This document shows, piece after piece, positions 1 through 12,094 of a stretch of DNA of 64,000 nt. How positions within the stretch are numbered: the stretch's first letter is position 1; each line of letters begins with the position of its first letter. This DNA comes from Oculina patagonica (lineage: Eukaryota). Position numbers and translations under genes: made by a program. The stretch covers positions 17,050,001 through 17,114,000 of the forward strand of contig NC_135762.1 of NCBI RefSeq assembly GCF_052425735.1, read 5' to 3'. Below the pieces are notes generated by a model. The model worked only from the letters and a program-made list of their open reading frames with translations. It had not been told where the DNA came from and did no database searches.

Positions 1-240
1 AGCCTGGCATTATTTTCAAAAAATTTGCAAATCAATTAGAGCCGAAGTCGAGTCATTATATTCACAGATACACATTACAACGGATGTGACAAGAATGGGA
101 CGAGCCAGGCAATGATTTCATCTCAAGAATTAAAAACCTGGCAGCAAAATCTCACTTCCACAACAACACAGAAGTCAAAGACAGAGTATTGGATCAACCT
201 ATCTGGGGGTCAACAAAATCCCAACTTTCAAAAATCGCTC
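1..240 (+). pseudogene. Gypsy LTR retrotransposon gag fragment, left half, interrupted by the YR element
   Basis: Manual translation gives ...NQLEPKSSHYIHRY..EPGNDFISRIKNLAAKSHF..EVKDRVLDQ..FQKSLI, a typical Gypsy capsid pattern. It joins in frame to TQDETLSLAAAIEIARTHE at 3,934. Confidence 0.7.
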
Positions 241-243
241 ATT

Positions 244-378
244 TGCCCCCCTTTGGGCATGCACGTGCTCAAAGGGATTAATTGCGCAACGGCTTCTCCC
301 CCTCTAATATCGGGTTCACTTTTCTCGTGTTTCACTTTTGTTTTACGTACGTTAGTGACGCGCGCACTAGATTGCTTT
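244..378 (+). repeat. Split direct repeat A1 of the Ngaro-like element
   Basis: tgcccccctttgggcatgcacgtgctcaaaggg... is repeated nearly identically at 3,637-3,771. Confidence 0.9.
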
Positions 379-2899
379 TACTTCAACTTTAGTTCATTGC
401 TATTTGTTTAAAATATGGGAAAAACTGCTAAGACCACTAGGTCCAGCAAATGTCCTGGATGCAAGGTTTCAAAATCAACCCACGAAGGTCCTCCGGGAAA
501 AATTGCCTTGGTCCTGATTATGTAGAGGACGACCATGACAGCCCCTGGAATCGCCCGAACAACCGGAGGTTAACGCGGCTAAGGGTGATACGGAGTCCAA
601 TGAAGCCCTTATGAAGTCATTGGTAGACCCGTACAGACCAACGCGCACTTCGCCAAGAGACGCAAGATTACGCAAGTTGGTCCACGTCCCGCCTCAAGGG
701 ATCCGCCCCCTTCTTCTTCAACAACAAATCATGCAGCCACGACCACAGCCACGACTAATGCCGCCACCAGTAATGTAACACTGCCCGAGCTGAGAGCTAT
801 GACCGCTCTGGCTTCAAGGTCAACCGTCGGGACCATGACATCCGAGGAAAGGAACAGATGGAGATGACGTTCTCCCATCAGATGTTCGCTTACCGTCAGC
901 GTCAACCTCGGTTAAATGCCGTGAGGCTAAACCTACCAGTTCAGTTTTGTACCCACAGCTTTGGCCACAGAGTTTCCTTGCCTTACCCGCGCCCGAGGTA
1001 CGAAGACCGGGCGAGGTGGGGCAGCTCAAAGCACCGACCACAGCCGCCAGAGCCACAAGCACTTGTTTCTTGTCACAGAGCGCAGGCTCACTCACGCTGA
1101 GCGAGCATGGGGGACCATGAGGAAGTCGCACGTGTATGCCACCCACCGAGAAATCGCCTGTCAAAGCTTCGTAAGCAGAGTGAAATCCTCGTCCTGGCTC
1201 ACCAGGGGCAAGCCAGCGAAGGAGGGAAGCGCGACCAGAGTCGCCCGACCGCGCCGCGAAGCGAGATCACAGGGAACCCGCGTGGGACCACCGCCAAGAA
1301 ACAACCGAGATACCGACCTAATCCGCGCCCAGTATAGTGATGACAAGGTCCAGGCAAGACACACACTCCGACTGACGCCACGGACGCGCGACGACTCCCG
1401 TTCCTCGCGCCGTGAGGCGGCGACACCGACAAAGCGATGAGTTTGTTGGCCCGAGCGACGAACCGCTCTGCTGCCGTCGACTATCTCACCGAGACGGTTG
1501 CGGGTCCGCGATTGATCATTACTGATGCCTTTGTCGCTTCTCCTGAATCTGTTCCCAACGCGACGAGTGAACGGGTGTTATCGTCGATTTAAGTTGGCTG
1601 TGGCCATTCCGTTAACGACGGAATCCGCGGATTTCTTGGCGATCCCCGACTGAGATCGACAATTGACGCTATGTAGATGCAGTGGTTTTCTTGGTGGTGT
1701 TGTAGAGACCCGTAGCGCGTGTTCCGTCGACGACACACCGAGGAATATACAGTTTTATGGTTTCGGTCCGCCGCTATGGCCTGTCAGGAACTGCCGTCTC
1801 GCCAGCGAGGGGGTACTACGAAGATCGCCGAATGAGGAAGGGAACATTACAGTCGTTGGCTTACGGAATCCGTTGAAAAGGCGCTCGCCTTCTGCAATAA
1901 TAGACACTTGGACTGACGCCTGACCGTTACAGAAATTGTTACCGCGGCCTCAAGTCGGCTCTTCAGTCCCTAGTTGAAATTTTGTCAAAATGTGCGTCAG
2001 AGTCTTTATCGCTCGCATTCTACGCTTATTACGGTCTTTAGTTACCACACAAAAGACAGAAATGTGTCACAGGAAAGTGGGATTAGTACCGCCCACTGTC
2101 CCGCAGGAGAAGTTCACTGACGCTTGCCTAACGGGTTGTGGGGATTTGTGCCCGTCATTCATGCCCACCAGACTGTATATCACAGGATCCGACATCATTT
2201 TGAGTTTCCCCGTGGGGGTCAACATGGCGTGGCCTTCGGAGTTGGATAATGTTGTTGGGTCACAGCGTTGAACTCGGGAGTGTCGAAACCCCTTATTAAT
2301 GCTTGTTGAGAGAATCTGTATTTGGCTGCTCGCTTTGAGTTGAACTGGTGCCGTCCACCTACCCGGCTTTTTAAACAGCGATGCGGATGTACCTCGCGAT
2401 GGCATGCCAATCCTTTGCAAGAACAATTCCTTTTGCGTGCCAAGCGTGACAATCTTGTTGAAGTGCCAGTGCCAGCATCTGTGTTTTCTCTTGACAGCCC
2501 TTACTAACGTGGAGTGTTTTCTTTGTTTGCTCCTCCAGAGAGATCTGCCCTGGCTGCTTTAAGGAAAGACCTCAAGAACACTCTCCGTTCTGCAGAGAAT
2601 TTTTACGTAAAGACAATTTAAGGCTTATTTTTTTTGTGTTTTTCAGCTTACACCGGCGCCCGCGAGTTAGACACGATTTGTCTTTACGTCCAGTTTTAAA
2701 AGTCGTACCTTACCCCGCCTTCGGTGATACTGTCGGTGTAAAGTTGTTTAATTTGTTTTTAGGTTGGAATTCCTTACATAAAGATTTTCTTCTGTTTACA
2801 TGCGGGGTATCGCGGTAGCTCTCCACACGCCCCGCAGGGCCCCGCCGGTCACGCCAGATTTTTGTTGTTTTCTAGGCTGTTAGATTTGCACCATGACGC

Positions 2900-3420
2900 T
2901 CAGTCATGCACGCTGTTTTGCGCATTTTTATTTGCCTTTTTTCTCATGGCTCGTTTAGCTAATATTGTACCTTCTTCGTGTAAAGTTTTGATCCTAGACG
3001 TCATCTAACCCGTTGTGACGTTGTGTCCAATAATCTTGGACTCATTGTATTTTCATTGTACTAAGACGATTAATTTGGGGAACGTAAACTTCACATTCCC
3101 CTGTTACGTATTCCAGACTCTCCATTATGTCCAGTCTCTGCATATCACCGCATGGTTAACTTAGTCCCGCTGATCCACATTGTGCCTTGTTTCTTTTGCC
3201 TAGCTCACGTGGTAGTACCCCTCTCACAAAATATCGGCTCGTATCTGAATTTCGTCGTTTATTAGCAGCTGCTGGAATCGCCGATGCTGCCACCTTTCGG
3301 GGTCATTCCTTTCGTAGGGGTGCCGCCTCTTGGGCTTTTAACCATGGTGTTCCCGGCGAACTTATTCAATATCGGAGACGGACTAGTTACGCCTATAAGG
3401 TTTTTTAGAGTTTAGCGTTC
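2900..3420 (+). pseudogene. Tyrosine recombinase (YR integrase) remnant
   Basis: ORF 3,187-3,408 contains FRGHSFRRGAASWAFNHGVPGELIQ (H-x-x-R box II). Upstream frames give ARLANIVP and SPLCPV, typical of DIRS-group YRs. Frameshifted. Confidence 0.85.
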
Positions 3421-3507
3421 AGTAATTGTTTTGCTCATCAGCTTCGTTCTGCCGTTCAGTCTATTAGTCAGTAATACCACCGAATTTGTTTTTGGCCGGG
3501 TTCGTTT

Positions 3508-3930
3508 GGTGGCGAGAGGTTTATTATTTGCCTCGTTTATCGTTCTGACTGTTAGTGTTACTTTTGTAATAAACTTCTCTCTTGCCAAATCACAAATTGC
3601 GTGTGTTGTCTGTCTTGGAGGGGCTGTTGGGGAATTTGCCCCCCTTTGGGCATGCACGTGCTCAAAGGGATTAATTGCGCAACGGCTTCTCCCCGTCTAA
3701 TTCGGGTTCACTTTTCTTTTGTTTCACTTTTGTTTTACGTACGTTAGTGACGCGCGCTACTAGATTGCTTTCCCTCCCACCCACCCTAGGTTTTTTTGAT
3801 GAGGGTGGCAGAGAGGTTTATTATTCGCCTCGTTTATCGTTCTGATGTTAGTGTTACTTTTGTAATAAACTTCTCTCTGTGCCAAATCACAAATTGCGTG
3901 TGTTGTCTGTCTTTGAGGGGCTGTTGGGGA
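3508..3930 (+). repeat. 3' terminal repeat block B1-A2-spacer-B2 of the Ngaro-like element
   Basis: B1 3,508-3,633, ATT 3,634-3,636, A2 3,637-3,771, spacer 3,772-3,803, B2 3,804-3,930. Confidence 0.9.
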
Positions 3931-3933
3931 ATT

Positions 3934-4660
3934 ACTCAAGATGAAACACTGTCCCTTGCGGCCGCTATCGAGATTGCAAGAACCCATGAGCAAACACACG
4001 AAGATGCCTTTGCAAAACTCGAGATAAATCAGCCTGAAAGAAAGCGAAAAATTGAATTTCAGTGCAAGGTGGAAACAGTCACCCAGTGCAATGAGTTGTT
4101 CGTCCGACTTTTTCGCATTATTTCTGCAGAGAAATTTGATGATTATGGAAACCTCAAACCAAAAGCTTTGGAAAAGAGTAATGAAGCCATTCTCTCAGCA
4201 TATGGTGGCTCCATAATCAAGCAGCTTGGCACTGTAAACATTCCTTGCAAGTACAAAGAAAAGAAATTTAACTGCGTTTCCTACCTCACGGACACCACCG
4301 GGCCAGCTATTCTCGTCTTAAATGCATATCCTGCATTTAAACTTGTCTTACTACATTGCACGCTCAAAACAACGTAACCAGACCAAGATAATTCAACTGG
4401 CAGTTCCAAAGCCTTGGATCAAACACAAGAGACTAACAAAAGAAACCCAAATTACACCAAAGGCCATGTACCACTTGAAGAGTGTCCCCCAAATGCTTTA
4501 ACGGAACAGTTGGATGTTTTGAAGATAACATGTATCACATCATGCTGAATCCTTTGGTGCCACCAATGGTTCACACACCCTGCAAAGTCCCCATTGAGTG
4601 AAAAAACAAGCTACAAGCAGGAGTAACACAATCCACAGACTGGGTAAATTACAAGCTAAA
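3934..4660 (+). pseudogene. Gypsy gag/protease remnant, right half of the interrupted element
   Basis: LSLAAAIEIARTHE (gag end), then protease-like FQCKVET...LSAYGGSIIKQLGTVNIPC...GPAIL and degenerate pol remnants. Confidence 0.7.
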
Positions 4661-4957
4661 GCCGCAGAAAACAAAGCCGCAGAGGAGATACAAAAGAGAG
4701 GTCCCCTGTTTTATGCGTCAAATGAGCCAAGCTGATTTTTACACAAAGTAGGATATTTTCTATTGAACCATGGTTTAGCTTTATACAAGTAAGCTTACAA
4801 GCACTTCACATTGCTTACGGTTAGTTCTACTCTGGTTTGTTTGCAGTTAGTTCCACTCTGGATTCCTTGCGGTTAGCTTTAATTTGTTAGTAAGGGTAGC
4901 ACTATTTTCAAATGTATAACTCTAATTAAGATTGACTCATGACTTATTGACTCATAA

Positions 4958-5093
4958 NNNNNNNNNNNNNNNNNNNNNNNNNNNNNNNNNNNNNNNNNNN
5001 NNNNNNNNNNNNNNNNNNNNNNNNNNNNNNNNNNNNNNNNNNNNNNNNNNNNNNNNNNNNNNNNNNNNNNNNNNNNNNNNNNNNNNNNNNNNN
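4958..5093. other. Assembly gap (N run)
   Basis: Run of n. Confidence 1.
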
Positions 5094-5180
5094 AAAAAAT
5101 TGTCCTCCCCTTTGAGCTTCCATATGTATTTGCTTAGCTCAATTTCCTTTTTTCGCTTTTCATGCCTAGCGGCGATTAAT
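5094..5180 (-). pseudogene. Possible Penelope-like element C-terminal fragment
   Basis: RHEKRKKEIELSKYIWKLK resembles the T-E-L-S-K-x-I-W-x-L-K motif downstream of the GIY-YIG domain in PLEs. Very short and truncated by the gap. Confidence 0.4.
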
Positions 5181-5498
5181 AGAAGAGCAATAATCATAAG
5201 GACCACATGTTCTGAATCCATGGCTCACTGCAGGTGACATGCACAGAAGATTTTTTCAGATGAAAGTATAATCGCGCAAGTGAAAGTGGAATGTCTGAGC
5301 ATATTTGTTTTAGTCATTAAATTGCAGTTTGATTGACAACATTTGGACAAGAAGCCATCTGGGAAATGTAAACGTCAACAAGAACAGTTTACCATAGTTA
5401 ACTTTTCTTTACTTTTTTTTTACTTTAGTAAAAGCCCTTAACCACAGGAAAAGTCTAAGTGTGACCTCAACCAATGTTGCATAAGAATTAATGAAGCC

Positions 5499-5775
5499 TT
5501 GCTTAGTATGGAAAGACAAACGAGGGATAAAATGTCTCTGGTTTCATCAAAATTATCCAAGCATTCTTCCTCCTCTTCAGTAAGATCTAGAAGAGCAAAG
5601 GCAGCAGCCAAGGCAGCCTGTCTTCAAGTAGAAATGGACTTTCTAGAAAGGGAAGCGGAGTATAAGAAGCTCGTAATGCAAAAGGAGTTAGCTAAGGCAA
5701 GGGCAGAGGAAGAAACCATGTGCAAAATCGAAGAAGAAAGGCAAGCTACTGAGCCTCAAAAAAGAATCGGCCTCC
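5499..5775 (+). pseudogene. BEL/Pao gag N-terminal fragment
   Basis: SSSSSSVRSRRAKAAAKAA..coiled-coil ELAKARAEEE is typical of BEL gag N-termini. Confidence 0.55.
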
Positions 5776-5784
5776 GCAATAGCT

Positions 5785-6255
5785 GGACCACTTACAACAA
5801 TCATGAATCAATCAATCAGTCAATGCAGGTATCCTGCATGCTGGAAAATGGGACAAGTCACGCCTCTCTTCAAAAAGGAAGACGAACTATGCAAAACAAA
5901 TTATCGGCCTGTGACTGTCTTACCAGCTATCAATAACGTCTGAGAAATTACTCTCGGTTCAGCTAGAGGATTTTTTTCAAAGAAATATTGTCTGATTTCA
6001 TATCTTCCTACATACGTAACTACAGTTGTGAGACAGCGCTGATCCGGCTAACTGAAGACTGGAAACAAGGTAGTGACAACAAGGAAATTGTAGCTGTAGT
6101 GTCCATGGACTTGTCAAAGGCTTTCGACACTAGTTGTAAGCTCTTAGATGATTACTTAACCAGTAGAACACAACGTGTCAAGATAGGTGATACATTTTCA
6201 ATTTGGAAAGAGATCAAGCGGGGTGTGCCACAAGGCAGTGTCCTCGGCACTCTGA
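5785..6255 (+). pseudogene. LINE (CR1/L2-like) reverse transcriptase fragment
   Basis: YPACWKMGQVTPLFKK..NYRPVTVLP; YSCETALIRLTEDW; SMDLSKAFD; QRVKIG; GVPQGSVLG. Confidence 0.88.
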
Positions 6256-6459
6256 CCCCTAACCCTGTGATTTTTTCAAGTTTGGTTGGTCGGCTATGTT
6301 GCACCCACCCTCCCAGTTTCATCTCAACAGAAGCACGGATCCGCACTGTCCTCTCCACAGATCATCGAATCCTTCTTAGATACAGAGTGTCATCTCGGGG
6401 CAACACGCAGTCCCTTCATCACCAACCCGCTTTGCGTCGATTTGGTCACCAGTCCCTTT

Positions 6460-7040
6460 AAAATTGCCCACAGTTGCTCCGGAAAATGGTGCAACTACAC
6501 AAGACAGGGCTCGTACACATGGATCATTTCACACCATAGAGCAATAAAGCTCTCACCTTACAAAGCTGTGCATGGAATCAAACCTCAGCAGGAGACAATG
6601 ACTCCAAGCACAAAAGAAAGCACACAAAACCATTCAGAAGAAGAAAATGACCCAGAAGCCACTGAAAATGATGAGGAGCCACAAAGGAAAAGGCAAAAAA
6701 TAATTGAAAACCAAACAAAATACAACACTGGTATGATATATCAGACCAAAAGAAAACAACAGAACAAACAACCCAAATTCAAAATATCTGAGATATGGTA
6801 GCTGTGAAAATCGACAAAGTTGAGAAAACAAGCCCACTACACCCTAATATGTTGTTGGGCAAAATAGTTTCAGTAGAAGATAGAGGCTGTGTAAAGACAG
6901 TCACGTTATATGGTAAAATAAACACACGTTTTTCTACTTCACGTTTGACTCCCTGTACAGCCACTAATGTGCATCTTGACTATTCAAGTAAAATATTTTT
7001 TCGGCCGCTTGTCAAAAGGCAAGTGGATTTTCTTGATATT
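6460..7040 (+). pseudogene. Ginger/KRBA2-like (Gypsy-integrase-related) DNA transposase C-terminal fragment
   Basis: HHRAIKLSPYKAVHGIKP (integrase core end), then KFKI/DMVAVKIDKVEK..PNMLLGKIV..TLYGKI (GPY/F-like module). Frameshifted. Confidence 0.55.
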
Positions 7041-7852
7041 TATATATCCATATTTGTGATATACAGTGTATAATCACAAATGTTAAAAATAAGAAAAGCA
7101 TGACAAAATTTTTAAGCACTTTAAACACTTCATTTTAAATAGGTACATATTACTGCCCTTTATCAGAGATTGAGATTATATTGCAACATATAAGTCAGTT
7201 TGTTTTCTTATATTGTTTCATTCTTCAGTTACAGCATGTTAATTTTGTAAGCACGATTGTCAATTATCTTGTATGTTTAGTGGTTACTTTTCCCTCCTGC
7301 CCTACCTTTTGTTGTTGATACTATATATCGTTTTATAGCATCGTAGTAGTTAGCGCCCTTTGAATTAGTTTTATCCTGATTTTAGCTTGTTATCTTTGTA
7401 GCTTGTTATTGCTATTGTTCAATAAACTTATTCTTTTGGCCAAACACTGTTTACTGTTTTTGCATTGGGACCAAAAAGGGGGAATTAAAAACACTTTTAC
7501 TTTACTATTTATTACTATGTTGTTATTATCATATTCCTTGTTCACAGAATAATATTGTATCTGTGTAGAGTGCAAATGGTATGGAAGAAAGAGAAACAAT
7601 TTTTTTCTTCATTTTACTGCATGTACATTACTTCCATTGATAAGCATCCAGAATGACCATCCGTTAAATGCCGGCAGCCCGTAAGCAAATGAAGTTTACA
7701 TGCCGATTAATGATACTGAGCACATTTCATTTTGGTTTTGTATGTACTGTATATTTTCCTTATTTTAATTAATGCATTTTCTGTAAATAGTGTTAATATT
7801 GTTTAATTGTTGTAAATAGTGTGAAATAATGAAAATCTGAAATCTGGAAGAA

Positions 7853-8265
7853 ATGAAATTTTTAAGAAAGCTGTCTGAGCAAGAAAAAAGGGTGCGGAGA
7901 GGACCTGTTCACTATGTCGCCCACCATGCTGTTCTGCGTCCAGGAAAGAAAAGTACACCAATCAGAATTGTGTTCAACAACTCTGCGTCATTTAAAGGCC
8001 ACATCCTTAATGACTATTGGTTCAAGGAACCCAATCTGCTTAACTTGTTTGGTGTCATGTTACGATTTAGAGAGAATGCAGTTGCTGTTTGTGGTGATAT
8101 TAGGAAATTGTATCACATGGATGCCATCCCTCCAGTCGATCAGCATGTCCACAGGTTTCTTTGGCGCAATTTTGAAAAACAGGCCGTGAACCAGACACTA
8201 ATGTTAAAACTGTTCTTACATTTGGAGCGCCAAGGATGGCCGTCACTGCTATGCACAAGATGGCT
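7853..8265 (+). pseudogene. BEL/Pao reverse transcriptase fragment
   Basis: HYVAHHAVLRPGKKSTPIRIVFN..LND..PNLL..LRFRE..GDI..DQHVHRFLWR. Confidence 0.9.
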
Positions 8266-8284
8266 AAGCTGAAGCAGGATGATA

Positions 8285-9770
8285 AACCGAAGGCCGCCCG
8301 AAGCCACCATCAACACAGGACAAGAAGATTAAGAACTTTACTGGGAAAAAGACAGAAGGCGACCAACCATTTGAAGACTTTATAGAAGAACTCAGGACAA
8401 CCTTCGAGGCAAGAGAAATGACCTCACCCGAGAAAGTGGACTTCATAATGTCTCACCTGGACGGGCCAGCTAAAGAAGAGGTACGAATGTACAGCAAGAA
8501 GGAGCGAAGCAACCCAGACTTTCTTCTAGATGTTCTGGCACAAGCATTCGGAGAGAAAGGGTCCAGCTCCCAACTCCTGAAGATGTTCTATGAGCGCAAG
8601 CAGAAACAAAACGGAACACTTCGAGGGTACTCGTACAGCTTGAATGAACTACTCAAGCGCACCACTAAAGCAGATCCAAAGGCAGTCCCCGACCCAGAGA
8701 AGACTTTATGGGACCAATTTGCAGACAATGTGAGGGACCCCCTTCTTAGGAAGGAACCGAAGAAGTTCATCAGAGAGCGTCAACCCGCATTCTTAGATTT
8801 GAGGGAGGAAGCATTGCGCTGGTCAGAAGAGGAGGAAAGACCGCAGCGTACCCTGCCCAGGCCCCAATCATCACAGGAAGTAGCTGCCGACATCCCAGAT
8901 GAGAGTTCTCAGTGTAGTGCTAGCTCCACCGCCACCCCCATGGATAAGGTATTGGAGGTCCTGCTCAAGCAGCAGAAGTCCATACTAGAAGTGACGAGTT
9001 CAATTAGAGATATCAAGCAGCCAAGGACCGATATCCTGCCCAAGGAATGGAGAGGACGGCGCCCTGATATTGTTTGTTTCAATTGCAACAAGAAGGGACA
9101 CGTTGCCAGAAACTGAAAGGTGAATGATGACCGTTTTGTCAGGAGAGGACCACCACAAGGTAGACAGCTTCCTGACAAGTCGTCAAATTAACTCCCTCTG
9201 CCACAAAGAGCCAAGTGACAGCAGGGGACAACAGTGGCTCAAATATGGATAGGTCAGGAATGTATGAGAAAGCAGTTGGAGAGTGCCCACTGACCTCACT
9301 ACGACTGGGTGGAGTAGACATACCTTGCCTCTTGGACTCAGGATCTGAAGTATCCACAATCACAGAAGAGGTTTTCAATGAACACTTTCGCCCTCAAGGA
9401 AAACCACTTTTACCTACCGGCAATTGGTTAAGATTAACAGCAGCGAATGGACTAGAGATTCCATATGTCGGAAACGTAGAACTGGACGTTGAAGCCTTGG
9501 GAGTCATGATCCCACAAAGAGGAATTTTAGTTGTTAAGAGTAAGCGAGTGAAGAGGCCAGGCAACGTAAGAAGATAACCCCTGGATTAATTGGAATGAAC
9601 ATTTTTTCCCAACTGCAAGAACCTTACAAAAATGGAAAAACGGAAATTTTCCCCGAATGGAGTAAAGTGTTGAAGCTTGTTTCCTGTGCCAAACCTATTT
9701 CAGTACGTGGTTTTGCAAAAGTAGCCAGAAAGTCCCAGGTTAGAATTCCAAAAAAATCCATCAGTCCCAC
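8285..9770 (+). mobile_element. Gypsy gag-protease remnant (PNMA-like capsid, zinc knuckle, aspartic protease)
   Basis: ORF 8,418-9,116 has a capsid pattern and CFNCNKKGHVARN*. ORF 9,215-9,577 has CLLDSGSEVSTI...LTAANGLEIPYVG. Confidence 0.85.
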
Positions 9771-9789
9771 AGAGGAGCCGAATACTGCC

Positions 9790-10085
9790 TTCTTTTTGCT
9801 AGAGAAGCAGTTTTTTGGCCAAACATGTCCAAAGACATAGAAACATTTTGCCAGATGTGCCCTACTTGTGCCCAGTATGGAAAGCAAGCCACCACTGAGC
9901 CTATGCTCTCACATCCTACCCCCACACTACCTTGGCAATTTGTCTCACAAGATATATTCGAATTTGAGCATAAGCAGTACTTGGTCACAGTGGACCATTT
10001 CAGCGATTTCTATGAATTGGATCCACTGGTCAACACTCAATCCACCACCATTGTTGAGATCACCAAAGCCCACTTTGCCCGCCTC
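9790..10085 (+). pseudogene. Gypsy integrase fragment
   Basis: FWPNMSKDIE..CPTC..PTLPWQFVSQDIF..YLVTVDHFSDF..HFAR. Confidence 0.85.
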
Positions 10086-11904
10086 CTCCAGAGACGTTCT
10101 TTGTATTGATTTTTTTATTCGGAGAGAGGGGGATGTTACGTTACTGTTGCGTTACTCGCATTTACGTCATCTGATCTCGAGTTCCTGGATGAACTCGTGC
10201 TCGTGTAATTGCTTGAGAATAAAATAGTCAACATGGCCACCGGCGTGTCCTCATTCATTAATCGATACAACCGAGCATAACACAGTGAGCTTATCTCACC
10301 CACTCTCACAACAACTCGTCTCAAACAAATTTCCTCTCTTCGAAATACCCTGGGCTAGCAAAAAGCAGAATTTGCTCAGAACTAGTTGATTAGTGATGGT
10401 GATATTCAACAATTAAAGGACAAACTGGTCCAACAAGAAAATGTATTGAAACTACAAAACAAACAATTCACAGACCTTGCTTCTAATGAAAAACTTTCAA
10501 GACGAAAATGTCTAACTTCACAAGAAAAACTCAAAACTATTAGAAGCAAACACAGCCTAACAGGCAAAATGCCATCAGCTTGAGTCTGACATCGCTTTTC
10601 TTAAAGATCAAGTGGCAGCCTTATGACAGAAATCAGCAGATGCACCAGCTACAGTGGATTAAAAACTAAATTTGTTGCCGTTATGTGAGTTCGATGGGGA
10701 CTAATGAAGAAGCTGCAACATTTTCTGGTCCTTGAAAACCAGATTCAAATGAGTGAGTCAAAGAATTGGGAATTTGGTGTGGCAAAGAGTTTGGAATTAA
10801 TGGTATGGAATCAAAAAGAAGGATGACAAACACGTTGAAGAAATAAAAGTTCACCATCGAACAGTATGGGCGAAAAGCGATTATACGTGCATATGCAAAC
10901 AATTTGCAGTCATTTCTTAAGGAAGCAAAAATAAATGTTTCCCAAGCAGCTGAAATTCAAGCAAAATTACTTCAGCAGAATAAAGCAAAGCAACTTGCCT
11001 TGGAGGAACAATGAAGAAGATAGGAGTTCGAAAAACAACTGGAGGTTAAAAGGAAAGTTGAACTTGTCCAAGATGAAGCTCAAAGGCTATATAATTCATG
11101 GCTGAAGAAAAAAGAAAGACTCAGGAAGTCAATTACAAGGCTGCACACCTTGCTGCAGAAGCAGCAGTGTTAGAAAAGGTTTAAAATGTAGGTAATGGTC
11201 CACAAGATCTGCCTAATTAAATACTTGATTTTGAGGATAATTTATTTGAATTTACCCATAATGCCTCCACCACTCCCTGGTACTGTTATGTTGCAAGGGA
11301 CTGGAGCAAATCATGGAAGTGCATTGCCACCTGACAACCCTACAAAAGTGGTTACACCTTCACCTTTGTTACAACAACCAACCATGTTCTTGCGGCGTCC
11401 TTGGGCATCCCCAGATCAACTCCAGGATATCCGGAAATAGATTTTCGCAATCCTAAAACAACTAATCATCAGCTGACATGGATTCCATTTGTGACTATTG
11501 TGAAGCTAACATCAACAGCAACAACAACAGAGCCACCGAAGCCGTAGTACTCGACAAATAGACCAGGCAATGAACATACTACAGATGCGAAGAGAGATAG
11601 ACTGTGGTCTTTTTAGAGATAATACTGTGGTATTTGCTCCTTCACTTGGTTTTCCTTTTAGGCTTTCCTTTCTTTTGGCTTGTTTAGCTCACGTCATATT
11701 GTACCTGCACATAACAGAACTTTTGCTGTTGTATTTCTCAAGTAATCTATAAGCTAGTGTAAACCTTGCCCCATTTCTTAATAACGTTGTTTTTGATGCA
11801 TAACAGACATAACAGTATATCCTGAAAATGAAAAAATGAGGTATTGATTGTTTTAAAAGCACTGAGTTGATGTAATAACACCCACATTGAATCAAACCAA
11901 ATAA

Positions 11905-12061
11905 AAAACGATTGATGAAAGTCGATGACAATCGATGAAAATCAATGACAGTCGATGAAATTAAAAGTCACAAAATTTTCCGTCATCGATTGGTCATTGA
12001 TTTCCAATATCAATCGATTAATTGGCATCGATTATCGGTTTCATCGATTGGTCAGGCCGGG
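11905..12061. repeat. ATCGAT-rich repeat, probably the subterminal array of a DNA transposon ending in ...ggtcaggccggg
   Basis: Many atcgat/gtcgatga motifs within about 155 bp. Confidence 0.5.
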
Positions 12062-12094
12062 TTCTTTGAGTTCTGGAAGTCTGACCAGTAAAGA

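Larger units (their letters stand above)
241..3933 (+). mobile_element. Ngaro/DIRS-group tyrosine-recombinase retrotransposon with split direct repeats (A1...B1-A2-B2), degenerate
   Basis: A1 244-378 matches A2 3,637-3,771, and B1 3,508-3,633 matches B2 3,804-3,930. Gag-like start at ~415 (MGKTAKTTRSSKCPGCK). RT remnant FIARILRLLRSL at ~2,000, RNase H FTDACLTGCG at ~2,113 ending at 2,507, tyrosine recombinase HSFRRGAASWAF at ~3,300. Confidence 0.88.

Noticed and set aside
1440-2340. Possible inverted or foreign insert in the YR element
   Set aside because: Forward-strand RT and RNase H motifs are present in the expected order; the oddness comes from deletions.
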